From: Candidatus Woesearchaeota archaeon
GTDB taxonomy: Archaea; Nanobdellota; Nanobdellia; Pacearchaeales; GW2011-AR1
Length of the DNA stretch: 39,474 nucleotides
Assembly (NCBI GenBank): GCA_964611235.1
Contig: CAZSWH010000001.1
Coordinates: 1-39,474 of the forward strand
Direction of reading: 5' to 3'
A program made the translations under genes and the position numbers. Positions 34,095 to 39,474 of the stretch are shown here, piece after piece; position 1 is the stretch's first letter, and every line of letters starts with the position of its first letter. Below the pieces are notes generated by a model. It was not told the DNA's origin, did no database searches, and worked only from the letters and a program-made list of their open reading frames with translations.

Positions 34095-34556
34095 TTACGC
34101 GACTACTTTTTGTGCGATTGTTCCTGTTGATGTTAAATCTATAGAGATTCCTTCTTTCTGATAAATTATTGTGATGTCTCCTTTGATGTTATCTCCATCA
34201 CTCAAAGAATTTTCTGCAGTACATTCAACTGTTACAGTTAGTGTCTCGTCAGCATTAATTGAGTCAGGTAAACCTGTATAAGTTCCACAATTTGAAATAG
34301 TGACACTATAGATTTCATAATCTTCTCCACCATTATTTTTTATAGCCAACTGAACACCGCCATTTGCCCCATGACTTTCCATCGCATTAGCTGCAGGAAT
34401 ATAGAATGGTGGGTTTACAATGGCATTACCTGTGATATACTTTCCAGGACTAAAAACTCCAAAATACGCAAGAACACCTATAGCAATAACTGCTGCAAGA
34501 ATAGCCCAACCATAAGTCATAAGAAATTCCATCGCTGCTTGTCCTTTTTTATTCAT
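34095..34556 (-). CDS. major type IV pilin-like protein
   Basis: MNKKGQAAMEFLMTYGWAILAAVIAIGVLAYFG is a class III signal peptide. A strong AGGAGG (34561..34566, minus strand) lies 4 nt before the ATG. Length is 153 aa. Confidence 0.85.
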   Translation of the reverse strand: MNKKGQAAMEFLMTYGWAILAAVIAIGVLAYFGVFSPGKYITGNAIVNPPFYIPAANAMESHGANGGVQLAIKNNGGEDYEIYSVTISNCGTYTGLPDSINADETLTVTVECTAENSLSDGDNIKGDITIIYQKEGISIDLTSTGTIAQKVVA

Positions 34557-34690
34557 TTTACCTCCTTTTGATAATTTAAGTAAACATTTATTATAGAGGT
34601 AAAGACTTTATAAATATTTGTATTATTTGGGTATTTTCAACAAATTGTTTGAATCATAAGATTTATAAATTAATTTTTTCTTTTTGGAAT

Positions 34691-35296
34691 ATGTTTTATG
34701 AAGTTCTCGTTACGGACCATATAAGAGTAGAACCAAACAAATTTGGGATGGATACTGATAAAGCTGTCAGAATGCAACTAGAAGAATCTTACTTTGGATT
34801 TCAGGATAAAGATATCGGAAAAGTCGTCGCTGTTTTGGATGTGCTTGAAGTGAAAGAAGGTATAATTATTCCAGGAGATGGAGCGGCTTATTATGAATCT
34901 ACATTTAGATTAATAGTATTCAGACCAGAACTTCAAGAAGTTGTTTATGGTATTGTTGATGAGATTATAAATTTTGGAGCTTTTATGAATATAGGGGCTA
35001 TGCGTGGGATGATACACATTTCACAAACAATGGATGATTTTGTTTCTTTTTCAGACAGCGGAGTGCTCACTGGAAAAGATAGTGGAAGAAATCTTGTAAA
35101 GAAAGATAAATGTATCGCAAGAATTGTTGCTATTTCTTATAAAGAAGGAGAACCAAAAATTGGATTGACAATGAGACAGCCAGGGCTCGGTAAAATAGAA
35201 TGGATAAAAGCTGAAAAAGAAAAAGCACAGAAAAAAGCAAAACAGGAAGAAGTAAAAGAACAGAAAGCAAGTAAAGGGGGGAAGAAAAAGAAATAA
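34691..35296 (+). CDS. rpoE: DNA-directed RNA polymerase subunit E' (Rpo7)
   Basis: MFYEVLVTDHIRVEPNKFG N-terminus and an S1 domain GIVDEIINFGAFMNIGAMRGMIHISQTMDDF, with a Lys-rich tail. ATG 34691 is preferred over the track start. Confidence 0.9.
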   Translation: MFYEVLVTDHIRVEPNKFGMDTDKAVRMQLEESYFGFQDKDIGKVVAVLDVLEVKEGIIIPGDGAAYYESTFRLIVFRPELQEVVYGIVDEIINFGAFMNIGAMRGMIHISQTMDDFVSFSDSGVLTGKDSGRNLVKKDKCIARIVAISYKEGEPKIGLTMRQPGLGKIEWIKAEKEKAQKKAKQEEVKEQKASKGGKKKK

Positions 35297-35529
35297 TGGG
35301 AAGTTTATTTGATTGTAAATTTAAAGATCTTTATGAAAGTTTAATATATGTAAAAGGATATGGGAAGAATAAGGAGATTTATAGTATAATTGAAGGAGAT
35401 TTAGAAAAAGGAATTAGGGTTTCAGTAGTTAGTAAAGAACCTGGAAAATTATTAAAAGAAATTAGATTAGATAATCAGGCAAGAATCAGTTTTGTAGATA
35501 CTTTAGGGAGGATAACAGAAGAATCTTAA
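35296..35529 (+). CDS. 77-aa hypothetical protein between rpo7 and spt4
   Basis: ATG overlaps the rpo7 stop (TAATG). Translation starts MGSLFDCKFKDLYESLIYVKGYGKNKE... No family was recognised. Confidence 0.5.
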   Translation: MGSLFDCKFKDLYESLIYVKGYGKNKEIYSIIEGDLEKGIRVSVVSKEPGKLLKEIRLDNQARISFVDTLGRITEES

Positions 35530-35536
35530 AAATAAA

Positions 35537-35725
35537 ATGGCAAAAGAAAAAGCATGTTTGAATTGCAAGAAAATTTATATTGGGGATAAATGTTCTAATT
35601 GCGGCGAAACTCCTGCAAGCGATTCTTTTAAAGGGAGAATATATGTTTTTAATTCTAAAGAGTCAGAACTCGCTTTAAATATGAAAATAAATAGTGAAGG
35701 AGAATTTGCAATTAAGACAAAATGA
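35537..35725 (+). CDS. spt4: transcription elongation factor Spt4 (RpoE'')
   Basis: Has a zinc ribbon CLNC...CSNCG, then FKGRIYVFNSKESELALNMKI...GEFAIK. Length is 62 aa. Confidence 0.88.
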   Translation: MAKEKACLNCKKIYIGDKCSNCGETPASDSFKGRIYVFNSKESELALNMKINSEGEFAIKTK

Positions 35726-36033
35726 TTACTTCAAAAATTTTATCCCAGAAGAAAAATCCTTTTTTAGAAAGGGAAGAAATAATAATAGAGATAAACGACA
35801 AAATTACTCCAAGCAAGGAAGAGGTTAAAAAAATATTTGATAAAGAAAAAGATTTAATTGTTGTTAGAAACATTAATGCAAACTTTGGGAGAAATTCGTT
35901 TATTGCAAGTGTTTTTGTTTATGACAGCAAAGAAGCAAAAGAGAAAATTGAGACAATCCCTAAAAAAATAAAAAAGACAGAAGAAAAGAAAAAATCTGAA
36001 GAAAATTCTAGAGGAAATGAACCATCGCAATAA
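35722..36033 (+). CDS. rps24e: 30S ribosomal protein S24e
   Basis: NPFLEREEIIIEI......PSKEEVKK and FGRNSFIASVFVYDSKEAKEKIE, with a Lys/Glu tail. ATG overlaps the spt4 stop as ATGA. Confidence 0.88.
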   Translation: MITSKILSQKKNPFLEREEIIIEINDKITPSKEEVKKIFDKEKDLIVVRNINANFGRNSFIASVFVYDSKEAKEKIETIPKKIKKTEEKKKSEENSRGNEPSQ

Positions 36034-36239
36034 AATCAAAAATTAAAGGAAAGAAAAAACACAAGAACAAATCAGTTTCAAAAAAATATTCTAAATACAA
36101 AATTGAAGGCGGGAAGATTGTTGAAAAAGCGAGAAGTTGCCCAAGGTGTGGTCCGGGAATATTCTTAGCAAAAGGAAATGGTAGGTTATACTGCGGACGA
36201 TGTCATTTTACAGAATTTGAGAAAAAGGAAAAAGAGTAA
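36030..36239 (+). CDS. rps27ae: 30S ribosomal protein S27ae (no canonical start codon; ATA at 36030 proposed)
   Basis: The open frame 36021..36239 translates to ..IKSKIKGKKKHKNKSVSKKYSKYKIEGGKIVEKARSCPRCGPGIFLAKGNGRLYCGRCHFTEFEKKEKE*. This has the CPRCG...CGRC zinc ribbon and KKHK head typical of S27ae. There is no in-frame ATG, GTG or TTG after the TGA at 36018. Confidence 0.75.
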   Translation: MKSKIKGKKKHKNKSVSKKYSKYKIEGGKIVEKARSCPRCGPGIFLAKGNGRLYCGRCHFTEFEKKEKE

Positions 36240-36300
36240 TATTATCATTGCCTTAAATTTCTAAATTTATCTTAGGACTTATATGATAATCACATACTAA

Positions 36301-36355
36301 CCCTAGGAGATGCGATAAAGCGTTCAAAAAGTTGCTGTATCGCTCTCTCCTGGGG
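36301..36355. ncRNA. candidate structured RNA / long imperfect hairpin
   Basis: CCCT-AGGAGA-t-GCGATA [20-nt loop with an inner AGC/GCT pairing] TATCGC-tc-TCTCCT-GGGG gives about 16 bp. It is GC-rich against an AT-rich background. TGATAAT heptamers flank it at 36284 and 36365. Strand and function are unknown. Confidence 0.25.
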
Positions 36356-36479
36356 AAAAAGAGGTGATAATATAACTAAGTAGTGGTATTTTTTAAATCT
36401 TTCGGTTGTTGTAATTTTGAAGTGACGGACAAATAAAAACTCTGAAAACCTTTATTAACAACCCTCTCTAAAATATTAA

Positions 36480-37325
36480 ATGAATAAAAAAAACGAGAAA
36501 ATTAACCCAAACCAATTTTTTGATTTCATAATTAGAGAAGAACTTGGTTGGCAGACAATTATATATGATTTGATAAGAACTGAACAATTAGACCCTTGGG
36601 ATATTGATATAGGTATTCTGGCAGATAAGTATATCGAGAAAATACAGCAACTTGAAGAAGCAGATTTTTTTATTTCGTCAAAAGTTCTTCTCGCCTGTTC
36701 TCTTCTTTTAAGACTTAAGTCAGAGATTTTAGCAAATAATTATATTCAAGATTTGAACAATGAACTTTATGGGAATAGAGAAGAAAAGAGATATGAGATT
36801 GAGAGAATTGAAATTGATGAGGGTGATCTTCCTCTTATTATTCCAATAACCCCGATGACGCGGCATAAAAAAGTAACTCTTAAGGAATTGATGAAGGCGC
36901 TGAATCAAGCTATTGAAACAGAAAACAGGAGAATAAAGAGAGAGATTAAAGAAAAGCAAACAGAAAAATCTGTTTTAACAATTCTACCAAAAGACTATAC
37001 TCCATTAAAAACTCAGATAAAAAATATATTTAATTTTATAAAAAGCCATAATGAAAAAGGAAATGGCCATATTAAATTTTCTACTCTGGCTCCCTCAAAA
37101 GAAGAAAAACTCACATCGTTTGTCCCAATTCTTTATCTGTCTAATGACAATAGGATTTATTTAAGACAACAAAATCCTTTTGACGATATTCATATATACT
37201 TTGAAAAAATAAAAGAAGAAACTGAAGAAATAGAAAGAGAATTAGAATTACTGGATAAAGAAGAAATTGTTGAAAGTGAAGAAAATTTTGAAGAAGAATT
37301 GGAAGATTTAAATAGGGAAATTTAA
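36480..37325 (+). CDS. scpA: segregation and condensation protein A (kleisin)
   Basis: WQTIIYDLIRTEQLDPWDIDIGILADKYIEKI..LEEADFFISSKVLLACSLLLRLKSE is typical of the ScpA N-terminus. Has an acidic C-terminal tail. Confidence 0.8.
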   Translation: MNKKNEKINPNQFFDFIIREELGWQTIIYDLIRTEQLDPWDIDIGILADKYIEKIQQLEEADFFISSKVLLACSLLLRLKSEILANNYIQDLNNELYGNREEKRYEIERIEIDEGDLPLIIPITPMTRHKKVTLKELMKALNQAIETENRRIKREIKEKQTEKSVLTILPKDYTPLKTQIKNIFNFIKSHNEKGNGHIKFSTLAPSKEEKLTSFVPILYLSNDNRIYLRQQNPFDDIHIYFEKIKEETEEIERELELLDKEEIVESEENFEEELEDLNREI

Positions 37326-37353
37326 ATGCAAGGAAAAATAATCAGAATTATTT

Positions 37354-37668
37354 TCATTTGTCATACCACCCAACAGATTTTTTTATTCTGCCTTCTTCAA
37401 TTATTCTGTCTGCTTTATTTTCAATTCCTGATAAATAATCTTTAAAAGGTATATATTTATTAAGTTTAGAATCATAAACTATTATCCCATCTATAGATAA
37501 TTTCCTATATAATCTCATAACATTAGGACCATCGTCTCTTTCAAAAACTCTTACTTCATTTACATTTAGAGAAAATAAAGATCCGCCCATAAAATTAAAT
37601 ACTGCCCCAATGGCCATTCCACCTAATGCACCTTCTAAAAGATTTACTGCAGTCTTTTTATCTATCAT
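37354..37668 (-). CDS. hypothetical small protein with an N-terminal glycine-zipper hydrophobic segment
   Basis: 104 aa. LLEGALGGMAIGAVFNFMGGSLF, followed by a soluble domain. Confidence 0.5.
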   Translation of the reverse strand: MIDKKTAVNLLEGALGGMAIGAVFNFMGGSLFSLNVNEVRVFERDDGPNVMRLYRKLSIDGIIVYDSKLNKYIPFKDYLSGIENKADRIIEEGRIKKSVGWYDK

Positions 37669-37742
37669 TTACTAAATAAAAAACCAATCTTTTTAAACTT
37701 TTTGGTTGTTACGACTTAAGAATTAATAGAGATTTTTAATAA

Positions 37743-38903
37743 TTAAAATTTTTTCTCTATCTCCTCTTCATCTAAAAATTTTTCATCCCCACTTTTCATA
37801 TCTCTAATTTTAAATTTCTTTTTTTTAATCTCTTCTTTACCGATAAAAATCACTTTTTCAATTTTTTTGGCGTTTGCGTATTCTATTGCTTTTCCGACGG
37901 TTTTATCAAGGAGTAAAATTACTGAGATTCCTTTTTTTCTTAATTTCTCTGCGAGTTTTATTGCTTCCTTGTCCTGTTCAATTGAGATTATCTGAAAAGT
38001 TATCTGCTGAAAATCTACCTTAGACAATAAGAAAATTGGCTCAAGCCCAAAAGAAATTCCTGTTGATTGGATTATGTCTACTAAATAACTCCCGCCACCT
38101 GCCAAGGAAACATTTATTTCTTCTGACCAAACTTCAAATACAGTTCCATTGTAATATGAAAGTCCTCTTGCAAGAAATGGTTTGAATTCTACATTAATTT
38201 TATAGTTCTTACAATATTCTTTCAATTTTTTTATCTCATTATAGAAACTATATTTTTCAAACTCTTTCTCGTCCTGCTCAAAAATTTTAATTAATTTTTC
38301 CGCGTTATATTTTTTTAAGTTATTAACAACTTCAATTTTTGATATTTTATCTAACTTGTCTAATTCCTTAATTACATCCTCTCTGTCATTTTCTTTAATG
38401 TTTTCAGAAACAAGAATTTCATTTATTAACTTACGATTGTTTACATAAATTTTAACAGGAATTTTTAATTCTTCAAATGACTTTTTTGTTATTGCGAGAA
38501 TTTCTGCTTCGTCTTTTATTGAACTCCCAACAATATCTCCATCACATTGGATGAATTGTCTTGACCTTCCTTTTCTAATTGGTTCATCTCTAAAAACATA
38601 ACCAATCTGGTATCTTTTATAAGGGAGTTTTTGGTTCTTCGCAATTCTTTTAAGCTGAAAAGTAAATTCATATCTCAAGGCAAGTTTTCTCTTTCCTCTG
38701 TCCTTAAGTTTGAAAATATCTCTGACAGCCTCGTCATTTTGATTTTTTCCTTTAACAAAATCCTCTTTTTCAATCATAGGAGTCTCAGCCGGTTCAAATC
38801 CATAAAGCTCAAATTGTTTTTTTATTATCTCTTTTATTCTTTCTCTTTTTCTCGCTTCCTCTCCTAAAAAATCCTGGAAACCTTTAACTGTTTGCGTGCT
38901 CAT
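37743..38903 (-). CDS. hisS: histidyl-tRNA synthetase (compact, 386 aa)
   Basis: VKGFQDFL N-terminus, LRYEFT, motif 2 YQIGYVFRDEPIRKGRSRQFIQCDGDIVG, motif 3 region LAGGGSYL, and a C-terminal anticodon-binding domain (VILLLD..VGKAIEYANAKKIEKVIFIG). Confidence 0.88.
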   Translation of the reverse strand: MSTQTVKGFQDFLGEEARKRERIKEIIKKQFELYGFEPAETPMIEKEDFVKGKNQNDEAVRDIFKLKDRGKRKLALRYEFTFQLKRIAKNQKLPYKRYQIGYVFRDEPIRKGRSRQFIQCDGDIVGSSIKDEAEILAITKKSFEELKIPVKIYVNNRKLINEILVSENIKENDREDVIKELDKLDKISKIEVVNNLKKYNAEKLIKIFEQDEKEFEKYSFYNEIKKLKEYCKNYKINVEFKPFLARGLSYYNGTVFEVWSEEINVSLAGGGSYLVDIIQSTGISFGLEPIFLLSKVDFQQITFQIISIEQDKEAIKLAEKLRKKGISVILLLDKTVGKAIEYANAKKIEKVIFIGKEEIKKKKFKIRDMKSGDEKFLDEEEIEKKF

Positions 38904-39373
38904 AAGAAACTAAATAAAAAAGGGTTTATATTGTTTTTGAAAAAAAATTTAGCAAATTCTTTTAAAATAAAGGAGTTTACAACTTGCCAAAAGTAAGCCA
39001 AAGAAAGAATTGTTATTATGCACAATTTTAGTTTTGTTTAAATTTTATGAAATATCAATGAATTGTTGGTACCAAATTAATATTCCAGATTAGTGCCGAA
39101 GTCACCTGTTGGTCTCTCTGCGACTTATTCTATGTAAAATATTAAGCAATATCTCGAGAGCATTTTGATTTTGTCAGATTAAGAAAGAGAGGACATATCT
39201 CCTGAAATTATAGACATTATAAAATAACCAAACCATTATACAAATTTTAATAAAGTAAAAATTAATAATAAAAATATGTTAATTGAATTAGAAAAAGATT
39301 AAAGAGCTTTGTTAAAAAAGAAAATAATGTGGTAAGTGTTGATTGGAGAGGAATTTCAGATTTAAAGAGGGAG

Positions 39374-39474
39374 ATGGATTTTGGAAGAGGGAGAAACAGC
39401 ACTTTTGATCCTTTGTTTGAAAATTTATTAGATTATTTGGTTCAAAGTGATGTTCTAACTTTCTCAATAGAAAA
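39374..39474 (+). CDS. possible 5' end of an ORF running off the window
   Basis: ATG 39374 is preceded by AGAGGGAG. Translation is MDFGRGRNSTFDPLFENLLDYLVQSDVLTFSIE.. Only 33 codons are visible. Confidence 0.25.
   Translation, partial: MDFGRGRNSTFDPLFENLLDYLVQSDVLTFSIE

Noticed and set aside
29952-34556. Calling the locus an archaellum because of FlaI-, FlaJ- and FlaH-like genes
   Set aside because: There is no archaellin-type filament gene and no ArlF/G/C/D/E/X. The platform is split, and the filament genes look like generic class III pilins.
36018-36033. Programmed -1 frameshift producing an S24e-S27ae fusion
   Set aside because: The only window between the frame-0 TGA (36018) and the S24e TAA (36031) is ACCATCGCAATAA, which contains no slippery heptamer. 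A near-cognate start or reinitiation is simpler.
1-39474. Diversity-generating retroelement or transposon/IS content
   Set aside because: No reverse transcriptase, transposase or integrase ORF was found. No template/variable repeat pair with adenine-specific mismatches was noticed by eye, though an exhaustive repeat search was not possible without tools.

Overview
This is an AT-rich, gene-dense window that reads as a small-genome archaeon, probably DPANN-like. That assignment is inferred from gene content only. Supporting evidence: archaeal information-processing genes (Rpo7/RpoE', Spt4, S24e, S27ae, S10, GatD, a Dph2 fragment, ScpA, HisRS); TATA-like boxes about 25-30 nt upstream of many ATGs (leaderless style); frequent ATGA or 4-11 nt gene overlaps; and many proteins with class III (type IV pilin-like) signal peptides. 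Gene order is as follows. (1) A gap / trxB-like / pgk operon. (2) Two orphan pilin-like genes separated by a perfect 40-nt direct repeat. (3) gatD head-to-head with a GatB-like gene. (4) A dph2 ORF truncated after 89 codons. (5) A roughly 4.7 kb, visibly more AT-rich two-gene block bracketed by tRNA-Ser 3'-end fragments on one side and an intact tRNA-Ser(GGA) on the other. Its genes are a 1235-aa GT9-like / unknown / Kdo-RIO-like-kinase fusion protein, translationally coupled to a Tgs1/RsmD-like amino-methyltransferase. (6) rps10, a degenerate metallophosphoesterase and a P-type ATPase. (7) A cupin-PMI / ROK / HddA-like GHMP kinase trio. (8) Glycosyltransferases. (9) A complete-looking type IV pilus-like locus: five coupled pilin-like genes including a 630-aa one, a TM-wHTH protein, a PilB/FlaI-type ATPase, a split TadB/TadC-like platform, a KaiC/ArlH-like ATPase and a major pilin. 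(10) The rpo7-(77 aa)-spt4-rps24e-rps27ae operon, in which rps27ae has no canonical start codon. (11) scpA and hisS. The best candidates for something undescribed are the tRNA-flanked giant-protein/methyltransferase module and the KaiC-containing Epd/Tad-like pilus locus. All family calls come from motif recognition by eye. No searches were run.
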